DNA of 64,000 bases from NCBI RefSeq assembly GCF_009914755.1, contig NC_060925.1. One strand, written 5' to 3'. The notes below the pieces were generated by a model. That model searched no databases, had not been told where the DNA came from, and saw nothing but the letters and a program-made list of their open reading frames with translations. Shown here piece after piece: positions 13,623 to 26,414 of the stretch. This DNA is from the human T2T-CHM13v2.0 reference genome, Homo sapiens. Every line of letters starts with the position of its first letter. Position 1 is the stretch's first letter. The translations under genes were made by a program, and so were the position numbers.

Positions 13623-15059
13623 ATACCCATCCAGAAACATAAGTTGAGAGAAATAGTTCTATTTCTAAAATGTCATAAGAAATGTAAATGGATGAAACAT
13701 TTCAATTAAAACACGAAAAAGAATATTAGACTGGAAAGAAAAAATTAAGAAATTAAAAAAATTAATAAATTCAGATTATTTAAAGTGAAAATAAGAATAC
13801 AATTACCCCAAATAGACTTTATGCTATTAAAAAAGTTATTAATAATTCACTAATGTTGACTCTCTTTATTACTAATAATTAAGAGTCCTTATTATATTAA
13901 AAGAAATAATTTACCAGGAAAATATAAGGATTTAAAATACACATATATCTAACAGTTTGCTTGTATATAAGGCAAATAATGTTCAAAACCACAAGAAGAG
14001 ATTGAGGGATTAAATATCATGTGAGATAAATTAATATATCTCTCTTTCAATAATAGAAGCATGCAAAAAATCAGAAAAGAGAAAACTTTACAACAAAATT
14101 GATACACTTGATTTAATGGATTTAGAAAAGACTGCACTCTACAATTAACTATTACTTATTTTTTTCAACATTTGAGATATTTTCCACAAAGAAAGTAGAA
14201 AACCTAAATGATTTTAATCATCTGCAAAATATTTGATGAAGATAATAATTTCAATATTTGAAAAATTCTTCCAGGAAAAAAGAAACATATAGCAACATTT
14301 ATGAAGCTGATACATTTTTGGCTGTAAGAATAGATAAGAATATTATCAGAAGTAAAAATCAAAGGCTAATCACACACATCACATTAGATGAATTTAACAA
14401 AATATTAATAAAATGAGTCAATTTGTGTGTATGAAAATATTTGTTTTTTTAAAGAATTGCTCAATATTAGAAAATCTAAATTTACCATACTAACAGCTAA
14501 AAGAAAAACAAATGATTATAAAAGTTGCAGGAAAAATGATTAAATTCTTAATTTATGCATTATAAAAATATCTCAGTAACTAAGAGAAGAAAACATTGTT
14601 TACATGGAAAAATTATTTCTATAAAAATATATTCAGAAAATTATCCTAGATGGAAAGGTATTGGAAGCATACCCTTTACAATCAAGTTGAAACCCAGAAT
14701 GTATATTGTTATTAATTCTGGAGAAACTTCTCAAAGAAATAAGAGCATCTACATGCAAAAATAGAGCACTTGCCATTGCAAAGGTAAAAGCAAAATTACA
14801 GTTATTCATATAAGTACTTTAAATGTAAGGTTACCACTAAAAGATCAGAGGGATACTACCAGAAACTAATAAACTTAGTAGTAAGTTTTTCAAGGTTGTT
14901 ACATATATAATTTTAAAAGTTGACTGAATTTCTGTACACTAGTGGCAATCATTTAGGAAATTGTATTTTTTAAAACATATTAATATATTAGTAGCTAAAA
15001 TACATAACATACTAAAATAAATCTAAGGCAAAAATATAAAACAGTAAATTTTCTCTTTA

Positions 15060-15481
<422 letters not shown>

Positions 15482-16692
15482 TTAAGACTGAAGAAATCGG
15501 TGGTGCAAGGATAAACATAGAACTCAGTGAAGTAGAACAGAGTGCCAAGAAAAAAATGTTCAAAACATATTTGGAATTGTCAGATGTGTTTACAGATAAC
15601 TGGGTAAAAATTGAATATTCAATAAATGATGCAGAAACAATTAGCTTCATGGTTTACATTTTTTTTAACTTGAAAAATAAATCAAATTGGATCATCAAAC
15701 TCCAAAAATTTACTCCAAGATTAAAAATGAAGATTTAAAACTTCATGTTAAAATAACAAATTTGGTTCAGCAAATGATACAAATTGAAAGAATATGTATT
15801 TATAAATATATATGAATAGAGCTTGCTTGATTTATTGAACAATTTTGAAAAACATCAAACCCATAAGAAAAATAAAAATAATTAAAAATGAGCAAAAGAA
15901 ATGATTAGCCATTTCACAGTGGGGCAAGCTAAATAGTCAATAAGCATGTGAAAATATGTTAAACTGTATTATTAATCAGTCAAATGCAAATTATAGCCAC
16001 AATAAAACAGGATTTTATGATCCCTAGATTGGCGTAAATTTAAAAGGCTAAGAATCTCCTTATACACTACTGTTGGTGTGTTAATGTGACTACTTTGACA
16101 AGGAGTATATCATATCCTATGGCACAAGAATTCCACTTTCAAATATATTCTAAAGAAATTCCTAAACATGTGCACAGAAAGATACGTTAATGAATGGTCA
16201 TAGCAGCACTGTTTACATTTGAAAAGAAACAAACAAACCTGGCAACATGGCAACATCCTGCATGCCCATAAACATTATCATGATCGAATAAAATTATGAT
16301 ACATTCATACCACATGCAATACTATACAGCAATGAAAATGAAATAACACACTTCCACAGGTGCATTTTGAGAAATCTTGTACACATAATATTGGGAAACG
16401 GGGTATTCAGAATAATAAACTATGTTTCTATTTACCTGAATATCAAAATAGGTAAAATTAAATAACATAACACAGTATACAAGCATAAATATTCAAATAA
16501 TAAGAAAAAATAAATGATAAAATTCAGAGAAGTGTTAATTTCTGGGTGGAGAGGAACTAATAAAAATTTCAAATTGAATATTGGTGATGTACTATTTTGT
16601 AATCAGGTGATGGGTAAACAGTATTGTTTTTCCTCAGACTGTGTATGTGTATGTGGTTATATATATAAGTATACTTTTGTGGGCATGATACA

Positions 16693-17201
16693 GTATTAGA
16701 TTTCTATTGCTGGCCAACATGGTGAAACCCCATCTCTACTAAAAACATACAAAATCAGCTGGGCATGGTGGTGGGTGCCCGTAGTCCCAGCTACTCAGGA
16801 GGCTGAGGAACAAGAATCGCTTGAACCAGGGAGGTGGAGGTTGCAGTGAACGGAGGTAAATTACCACAATCCTAGTGGCCTAAGACAATGCAAATGCCTA
16901 TATTACTTGGCTTGTGTTTCCTTCCTTTATCTTCAAAACCAGTAGCATAGTATCTTCTTTCCTATAACCTCTGCTTCTATTATCATATTGCCTTCTGTGT
17001 CTATGATTCTCCAGCCTCCTTCCTATAAGAATGCTTATGATAATGTTAGACTTACCAGAATAATCCATGACATTCTCTATATAAAAAGATTTTTAATTTA
17101 ATCACCACAGAGTCTTGTTTACTATGTAAGGCAACATATTCACAAGTTCTGGGAACTGGAATGTGAACATTTGATGGGGAGGGCATTATTCGGACTACCA
17201 T
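16693..17201 (-). mobile_element. MLT1 (MLT1D-like) MaLR LTR, interrupted by an Alu fragment
   Basis: gtattagatttctattgc..aaattaccacaatcctagtggc..aacatattcacaagttctggga..ggcattattcggactaccata. Confidence 0.8.
16710..16855 (+). mobile_element. Internal Alu fragment with no tail and no TSD
   Basis: Covers only the Alu middle region. It shares private variants with the Alu at 15072. Confidence 0.92.
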
Positions 17202-17230
17202 AGACACATTCTATAAGATATATATATATG

Positions 17231-17858
17231 TATAAAAATATATAAAAATATATATAAATATATATAAAAATATATAAATATATATAAAAATATATAAAAA
17301 TATATAAATATATATAAAAATATATAAATATATATAAAATATATAAATATATATAAATATATATAAAATATATAAATATATATAAAATATATATAAATAT
17401 ATATAAATATATATAAAAATATAAATATATATAAATATATATAAATATATAAATATATATAAATATATATAAATATATATAAATATATAAATATATATAA
17501 ATATATATAAATATATAAATATATATAAATATATATAAATATATATAAATATATAAATATATAAAAATATATATAAATATATAAATATATATAAATATAT
17601 AAATATATAAAAATATATATAAATATATAAATATATATAAATATATATAAATATATATAAATATATATATAAATATATATAAATATATATATATAAATAT
17701 ATATAAATATATATATAAATATATATAAATATATATAAATATATATATAAATATATATATATATATAAATATATATATAAATATATATAAATATATATAA
17801 ATATATATATAAATATATATAAATATATATATAAATATATATAAATATATATATAAAT
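17231..17858. repeat. A/T-only (TA)n/TATAAA compound tandem repeat, 628 bp
   Basis: No G or C across the tract. Units are (TA)2-6 followed by AA. Confidence 0.98.
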
Positions 17859-20613
17859 GCAAACATGGCATCACAATGTGTGATTTATGATACAAAAATA
17901 AACAGACACACATTCTTCGACAGAAATTATGGGAGTCCAAAATTCTAAAATTGCATAAACTTTCTGGAGTTCAAGTTTGCAATATTGTTAACGACTTAAA
18001 TTATTCATATCCTTTGATCCATAAATTCTTCTTCTAAGAAACAATATAAATGTATTTCAAGAACATGGATGTGATTTTAAATTAATTTTTAAAATTTCAT
18101 TTTTTCTGTGATTTTACTTCCAATATTTTAAATCAATTATTTTCTAATTAATAAAATATATTTTTATTAAAGGAGGATATGATAGAGGATGATCTATATT
18201 GAATCCACAGCCTGTCCCACTCTATAATCTTAGTACTGGTGTCATCAAAATGAAAGTAAAGATAGGAGGGCTAAGAGGTCATTGAAATTCTAAATTTTAG
18301 TTTCAGTTATCAACAACGGGAAAAGTAAAAAACCAAATAGGAAAAAAAAAAATTACAGGGAGTCGGAAATTGTATTTCACTTTGGGGTCAAAAAGAAGAG
18401 ATCCAAATTCCCTTTGAGGAACCCACATCTCAAGACACCCGATGTTAAAGGTGACAGGTGGGAAGAAAATTCAAGGACTACACAACTGAGATGTGCAGCA
18501 GGTATGAGGTTTGAGGGTGATCATGGGGACTTCTTCTTAGTGTTTGATCACCATGTGTGAAGTTTTTTGCTTGATTTGCTTGATACTGTTAACACTAATT
18601 TAGCCTAGAGATTTTGTCTTCTTAAGTATTATAGGTTCTTAATAATTTGGGGTTCTTAAACATTTTGGGTAGGGAGATTTTTCTTAACACCACTCTTCTT
18701 CATTTAGACTGATTAGGGATTATCTTTTAGAAGGATTAAAAAAAAAAAAAAAACGAATGTGACCAAGATAGAGGTAGGAATAAATTCTCTACTAGATAGA
18801 TATTTAGAATGTATTTATAGAATGAAAGGAGAGAGAACAAAATGTTTTGTAGGTTTTGATGAATTCAGTTAATTTATCAGTATGAAAAAAATGTGGGAAG
18901 CTATAATAGCCTTTGAACCATCCTGCTGCAGACCCTGAACGTGAGAAAATTCATTGCAGATGGATGAAGAATTCTGTGGGTCAATGTCAACTGCTAACCA
19001 TATAAGAAAACTCATTTAAAATTTACCCCTACTTCTACCTTCCATTACTAAATTTGCTCCTCCTGTGACATATTTTTTTATAGTGTTAGCTGAAAAACAA
19101 TATTCCAGCTGAAGTGTAATTTTAATCATCTCTTGAGTGGTTGAAATGCCATAAAGCATTGTTAATAATAAAATGACAACCTTTTGCCAGCTGAGCATTT
19201 GCACATTGCCTGGAGGATATGGAGAGAGAGAGACCTGGAAGCTGAAGGAACAGGTATTTATACCTGACTGATTATATCTCAGTCTATTTTAAATTGCAGT
19301 TTATAATATTAGAAAAATATACAGAATAATGTCAAAATCAAGTCAGGTCATTGAATTGAAGAAAAGAAATTGACAGTACTCATTTAGAAAACACAATAAC
19401 TATTGGCCAGGTGACTTCATTATATTGCCCCATAGATTTGATATTATCAATATTGATTGAATCAAGCTAACCCAAAATGGAATTTTATTTTAAATTCTTT
19501 GTGATTGAAACAATTTGTGGAGAAATATGTGACTGGTTAAGTCAATATCCAGTGAATGCTACATGCAGATAATTCCTACAACTCTATATATTTACACTAG
19601 CATTATTAGTATAAAAAATTCACTTACGTATTTCTGTTCTTCTAAGATTTAAAGATACAAATAGAAATGTAAACTAGGCCAGTAGTTTTTTATCTTTCAC
19701 ATTTTACTTCTTTCAAATAGTCTGTCAAATAATCAAGTTGCCAAATTCTTACAAGCAAAATAAACAATTGTTCAAATACATTTAGGCTTACTATAAATTT
19801 ATTTTCATATCAATACTTATTAATAAGAATTAATACTTATGTTTACTGTCAATTTATTTTCACATTAATACTTACAGGAAGTTTGAGAAGTTAACTTTAT
19901 TTGTTAACTGGCAAAGATCTATATTACAATTTTATGGAAAAATTATCAGATGTAGAATACAACTTATTCTTGATCCTGCCTGTAAAATTTATAATGCATT
20001 CCTAAAAATAAAAGAAACCTGAAAATAATATGATACTTTATTTTTCAAACATAAAGATATTTTAAAAGATACCTGGCCATTTTGAATATATGACAACTTA
20101 GGGGTAAAACAACAAAATACCTACTGATAGTAGTTTATTAGTATAATTACATGTAACTATTTTAAATAACATATTATATAAATAATTTTTATTTATAAAT
20201 ATAGCATTTGCTTTCCTTTCTAACCTTGTATTAAATCATATTATGTCGGTTTTTGACTTGTAGTATTGGCTTCAATTAATCATCACAGAGCCAATTTTTA
20301 TATCATCTAACAGTTTTTCAGAGGGCATCCTCTTTACGGTTTCCTCCTGATGCTTTAATAAGAAAAATTTTCTCAAGTCATATGTATCAGTGTGAGTAAT
20401 ATTGGGATAGTCTCCCACCCTTAGGACTTATGACAGAATATTTGGTACATAAAAATCTATTGGTGTATTGCTTTTAAAGGTAACATTTTACAACCTTGTT
20501 TATAATAAAATAGATTTGACATTGTAAAGTGGTTGTTCTCGGGTATAACTGCTAAATACATACTAAATTATTTGCTTAATTTTATAATGTTTCCATAAAC
20601 TAAATCTTATAAT

Positions 20614-20826
20614 CAATGGTGTGCCGATAAATGCTTAAAACTAGCCCTCTGGCAGTGAAGTGGAACAAAAATTCCGATTTGTGCTATTTTCTAATTACCA
20701 TGGTGTAAATATTCCTACCCTGGCCACTTTTAAGCTGCAAATGTGAAATCAGCTGTCTGGCAAATTTCCAGATATGTTGACTGAGCTTTCCAGAGCCATG
20801 GTGAACTAGCTCCAACACACCACCAA
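20614..20826. mobile_element. MER63-type hAT MITE
   Basis: Termini caatggtgtgccg / ccaacacaccacca and internal catggtgtaaatattcctaccctggccacttttaagct. Confidence 0.75.
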
Positions 20827-21804
20827 AAGACCACAAGCATCTCTCTATCTATAAATTCAATTTGCTTTCACTTTCCACTCCCAGGTATTGTCTTTTCATC
20901 CCCATTTCTTCCCTGTCTCCATCTTCACTGGCTCCTTCCCTTCAGTATAAGCTCACTTACAACAACTAAAATTCGCATTTATTCTAGCCCAGTCCCATTT
21001 TAATGAAAACAGTTTTCATAATATTGATGTTGCCAGGGCTCAATCTCATCCTAATTCCTCAATTCAGTGAAAGTTTTGTCATAATAATGTTGTTTACACT
21101 GCTCTCAGAAGGATCATTAATAAAAAAATCCATTGCTTAATCTGAACATTACTTTTTAGAATTTATTCTATTAACCTTTCTTTGCATTGACATTTCCAAA
21201 AGCAAATATAAAAAAAGTTTGATGTTAGAAGTCTGTCATTCTCCTGATCTCAATTTCCTTGTTCTCAAGGTACATCTCTAATGTCTCATTCTTGATTTCT
21301 AAACATTAACTGTTAGTGGAAGTGAGATGTAATAGCAACCAGAATATGTGGTTTCTTCTCTTTATGCATATACACTAATTATCATTCTGAAAAAGATATT
21401 TAAACTTTATGGTTCTCAAATACTCACTGTAAAATGAAGCTAATAAAACCATCTACAGTCTTCTAAAATGAAGATTAATTGCCAATTTATATTGGGAAAC
21501 TCATTTAAAAATAAATAACCAGTTCTAGTCATAAAATATTCTTTATTAAATTGTTTTAGAAGCAAAAAAATTGGAAGTTGAATGTATGCACACTAATGTA
21601 AAATATACATTCAGATAAATGTTACATTTTACCCCTTGTTTTAAAGACTGAATAATTTAGTTATTTCAGAAGGTAATTTCTCTTTTTGTTATTTGAAAAT
21701 ATAATTAATAATCTATTGTCCCAAACCCATTTATAGTCTCTTAATCCAAAAGCCACCATAACATGAAATTATAGCCTGAAACATAAATAATAAAAGCATT
21801 GCGT

Positions 21805-21900
21805 TAATTCATTTATTAAGTCAATATTCATTGAGCATCTGCTAGTTGCTGAGGATATAGTGGTGAATTTCTTTGGGTTCCTGTACTCATTAAAATTATA
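21805..21900 (-). mobile_element. L2 3' end fragment
   Basis: ttcatttattaagtcaatattcattgagcatct..gctgaggatatagtggtgaa. Confidence 0.55.
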
Positions 21901-22149
21901 TTGTGTTCTAGACTTTTCTCATATGGTGATAAATGAACCCATAAGGATTATGTTCTAGAAGATTTATAGCATTGAAAGTAGTAATTGAAGACTGTCATTT
22001 CCTGTCTTTAAAAGAAATTAATAGAGTAATTATTTAAGTAGTTTACCTTTTAAATCGAACAAATAGAAATTCTCCAAAGCTATATGAGCATGACCCAATT
22101 TGGTAGACAGATTTGCACGATAATGTCTCAGTTTGTTCATCCTTTAGAT

Positions 22150-22367
22150 CATGGGTCCACAACTGCCTTTCCATCAGCCAAATTCAATCCTCTCCTCGTT
22201 TGTATACATAAAGTACTATTGCAAGACAGCCATGCTCATTTATTTACGTATTGTTTATAACAGTGTTCTTACTATAGGAATAGTCGAGTAGTTTAAACAG
22301 AATCTACTAGCCTACAAAGCCTAAAATATGTACTCTCTGTCACTTTATAGAAATAGTTTGCCCACTA
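22150..22367. mobile_element. MER58A hAT-Charlie MITE
   Basis: cagccatgctcatttatttacgtattg..caaagcctaaaatatgtactctctg..tttatagaaatagtttgcc. Confidence 0.8.
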
Positions 22368-22434
22368 TAGAAAAATACTTCTAACCAATCTCAAAATTTT
22401 AACAATTTTCAATCTTTATATTGTGTTCAACTTC

Positions 22435-23785
22435 TAAATGCTTACATTAGAAAAAAAGGAAAAGCTTTACATCAATAACATAAATTCCTACCTCAAGAAA
22501 CTGGCAACATAGCAACATATATAGGGAATTAATAAGAAACAGAAATCAACAAAATTGAATATAGAAAAACAACAGTGAAAAAAATCAGTGAAACTGAAAA
22601 CTGGTTCTTTGAAAAATGATCAATAAAATTTATAAACCTCTAGCAAGACTTAAAAAATAAAAAGATAGTAGAAACATATCACCGATATTAAATCAGGGAT
22701 ATTACTACTGACCTTGCAGTCATTAAAAAAATTGAAAGGGAAAATTATAAAAGAACTTTATGCTTATAAATTCAACAACTTAGAAGAAATAACCTAATTC
22801 CTCCTAAACCAATAAATATCAAAATTGAAGCAAATGAAATAGACAATCTGAATAGTCCTAAAACCATTAATGAAAATGAATTTATAACTTAAAAACTCTC
22901 AAAAAAGTAATATTCAGGCCAAGATGATTTCACTAAAGAATTCTACTAAAAACTTAAAAAGAATTAACATCAATATTATACAACATCTTTCAAAAAAACA
23001 GAAGAGACTGGAATACCTACCAACTCATTTTATGAGTCCACAATTACCCTGAGAACAAAACCAGCCAGAAACAGTACAAGAAGGAAGGAAGGAAGGAAGG
23101 AAGGAAGGAAGGAAGGAAGGAAGGAGGGAAGGAAGGAAGGAAGAAAGGAAGGAAGGAAGGAAGGAAGATCATCTCTTATGAGCTCAAAAACCCCGATAAG
23201 AATACATTAGTCTACTAAATACAGCAATGTATAAACAAATAATTAAATACCATTGCAAAGAAGGACTTATTTCAAGCATGCTAAGCTGACTTAACATTTG
23301 AAAATCAATAAATGTAATCCACAATACAAACATGCTAAAGAAGAAAAGCATTTTGGCAAGATCTGCCACTCAGTAAGATAAAAACTCTCAGCAAGTTAAG
23401 AGTTGAGAGGAATTATCTCAACTTGATGAAGAACATCTATAAAAAACCTAAAAAGCTAACATCATACTCAATGGTGAAAAAATAAAAACTTTCCTTCTAA
23501 AATTGGAAACTAGACAAGTATGTGTGTGTTCACTCTCTTACTCACCACAGTACTGGAAGTTCTAGCTGTTACAATAAGCAAGAAAAAGACGTAAATGACA
23601 TAGAGATTGCAAAGGAATAAATAAAACTCTTTCTCTCTCTCGTTACAGATATCCATTATTATTTATGAAGAAAATCCCAAGAAATTCACAAAAGAAAAAT
23701 AAACTCTCCTAGAACTAAGTGAGCTCATCAGAGTCACAGGATACAGATGGGCACACAAAAATCAATCACAATTGCATTTTTCTAT
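22435..23785 (+). mobile_element. Old L1M ORF2 fragment
   Basis: aaaactggttctttgaaaa..caataaaatt; ccaactcattttatgag; gtactggaagttctagc. Confidence 0.85.
23080..23167 (+). repeat. (GGAA)n microsatellite
   Basis: About 21 units with minor interruptions, lying inside the L1. Confidence 0.97.
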
Positions 23786-23787
23786 AT

Positions 23788-24920
23788 ATTTATGTGTCAT
23801 GTGATGTCAGGGATATGTTCTGAGACATGCGTTTTGCTGTCATGTGACCATAGAGTATACTTACACAAACCTAGATAGTATGGCCTACTACATATCTAGG
23901 CAATACGATATAGCCTCCTGCTCCTAGGCAACAAACCCATGCAGTTTGTTACTGTACTGAGTATTGTAGGCATAATGCTAAGCATTTGTGTATCTAAACA
24001 TAGAAAAGGTACAGTAAAAATATGGTATAAAAATTTTGAAAAATGATATATCTGTATGGGGCACTGACCACGAATGACCTGGTAAGTGAATGTGAAAACT
24101 GGGAAATTACTGTACGCTGTTGTAGATTTTATAAACTCTACATTTAGGCTACACTAAATTTAGAAAACAAATATTTAATACAAAATTAACCTTAGCTTAC
24201 TGTAACATTTTTACTTTACAACTTTATAAATTTTAAATTTTTAACTTTTTTACTCTCTTATAATATCAGTTAAAACAAGCACATTGTTCAGCTGTACAAA
24301 ATATTTTCTTTCTTTATATCCTTATTCTATAAGCTATTTTCTTTTTTTTACTTCTTAAACATTTTTGTTAAAAACTGAGACACAAACAGAAACACTGTAT
24401 ACTTAGGGTCAGGATCATCAATAGCACTGACTTGGACCTTTACATTTTGTCCCACAGGAAGGTCTTCGTGGACAATATGTCCATGCAGCTGTGTCATCTC
24501 CTATAATAACACCACCTCCTGCTGGAATACCTCCTGAAGAACCTGCTTGAGGCTGTTTAAAATGGTTAACTTTTTTTATTTTTAATATATATGTAGAAGC
24601 AGACTCTAAAATAATGACAAAAGTATGGTGTAGTAAATGCATAAACCAGAAACATGGTCATTTATTATCAGTATTAAGTATTATGTACTGTATAAAATTG
24701 TACTGCTATACTTTTATACTACTACTAACACAGTAGGTTTGTTTACACCAGCATCACCACAAACACATAAGTAATGCATTGGGCTAGGACATTAAGATAG
24801 CTTGTCACCTATTCTATCAATATGTGATAAAAATTTTTCAGTTCCATTTTAATCTTATGGAACCACTGCTGTCTATGCGGCCTGTCGTTGACCCAAATGT
24901 CATTATGTAGTGCATAACTG
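23788..24920 (-). mobile_element. Tigger3b (TcMar-Tigger) DNA transposon
   Basis: acttacacaaacctagatagtatggcctactac; terminal gtcgttgacccaaatgtcattatgtagtgcataactg followed by TA. Confidence 0.85.
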
Positions 24921-25119
24921 TACTAATACTAAGAAAAACTGAGTGTTTGTATTTTAGAGTTAAGCACTGATACGTTTACAAATAAAATAATATCTGACGT
25001 TTGTTTCAAAGGAATCTGGATAAGAGGATATGGTAAGAACATATATGAAGTAAGATTGACCATGGGTTAATAATGTTTGAAGCTAAGTGGTAAATAATCT
25101 TTGTCCCAACCTTTGTGCA

Positions 25120-25303
25120 TAGTGGTTCTCAAAGATGATCCCTGCACTGGCAGCAACAGGATCATTTGAGATCTTGTTTGAAAAGCAAACTCTGAGGAAA
25201 CCACATATTTTGTAACCAAAACTCTGCACATGAGGCCCATTAGCCTGTGGTTTCACAAGCCCTTTAGGTAATTTTGATCCAAGCTAATGTTTCTGAATCA
25301 CTG
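25120..25303. mobile_element. MER5A hAT-Charlie MITE
   Basis: tagtggttctcaaag..tgtggtttcacaagccctttaggtaattttgat..gaatcactg. Confidence 0.8.
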
Positions 25304-26185
25304 CTCCAGTATAAATAACATAGAATATTGCATGTATTTGTAGAGACATGACATTTGTATATTTTTAAGTTATCCATAATACAACGAAAAATAATGAAAA
25401 CACCCAGGACAAATGTTTCACTGGAAAAATTTGAATAAAGTTTGCAGACATAATTCTAATCTTAAACACTTCCAAAAGACAGAAAAGGATCTATTCCCCA
25501 ACCCAGTCTGAGAGTAGAAAATCTTAGCCCTGGAAGTGAACAAAGAGTATGAAAGAACTATCAAAGCCAGTCTCACTTATGAACAAAAGATCCAGTAATC
25601 TTAAGAAGTTAAGTAAATCTAGCATTATGTAAAAATAATAAAAATACATCAGAACGAAGTTGTATTTATCCTAGAAAATGAAAGTTGATTTAACATTAGA
25701 AACACTTTAAAAAGCAGGGAGGATTAAAGGAGTTTGTTTATTCTTAATATATTCTGTTTGTTTATTTCAGTGTTTTTATATGAGTATCCTTAAATTTTTA
25801 AACTGTGTTAAGATGCATGCTTATACTTGTTTTACTTTTCTGACTGGAAGATAAACCTAAATAAAGGTTGTGAAAAAGATCTTTAAATATTACATTTATT
25901 CTTGAAATTCTTGTTAACTTTTATAATTGATAGTTGATAAACAATTAGGAAGCATAAGGCACAATTCTAATAATTCTGCAACTTCCCCCTAGATATTCTT
26001 GAAATGCTTATATCCATTGGAATCTGACATTTAAAAAGTTCAAGATTTTCAATAATTTAATACACAAACGCTTAAAAGAGTAAATATAGTTGTGATTAAG
26101 AGAAGTTTGGCATTTAAAAATCATAGCAAACTGAAACTTTTCATCTTTTCATTTGTAACACAAAATATTAACTTAAATGATTTGA

Positions 26186-26414
26186 TTTTTCTTTTTCTTT
26201 TTCTTTTTTCTTTCTTTCTTTTTTTTCTTTTTCTTTTTTTCTTTTTTTTTCTGGGATTACAGGCACATGCCATCACGCCTAGCTAATTTTTGTATTTTTA
26301 GTACAGACGGGATTTCACCATGTTGGCCGGGATGGTCTCGATCTCCTAACTCGTGATCCTCCCGCCCCCGCCGGCCTTGCCTGGGTTTACAGGCGTGAGC
26401 CATCTTGCCCGGCT
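26186..26414 (-). mobile_element. AluS missing most of its right arm
   Basis: The T-rich tail abuts ctgggattacaggc at 26251. TSD gatttgattttt / ggtttgattttt. Confidence 0.9.

Noticed and set aside
17140-17940. 266-aa and 223-aa ORFs rich in Y/I/F/L
   Set aside because: Translations of the TA repeat. The lack of stop codons is a compositional artefact.
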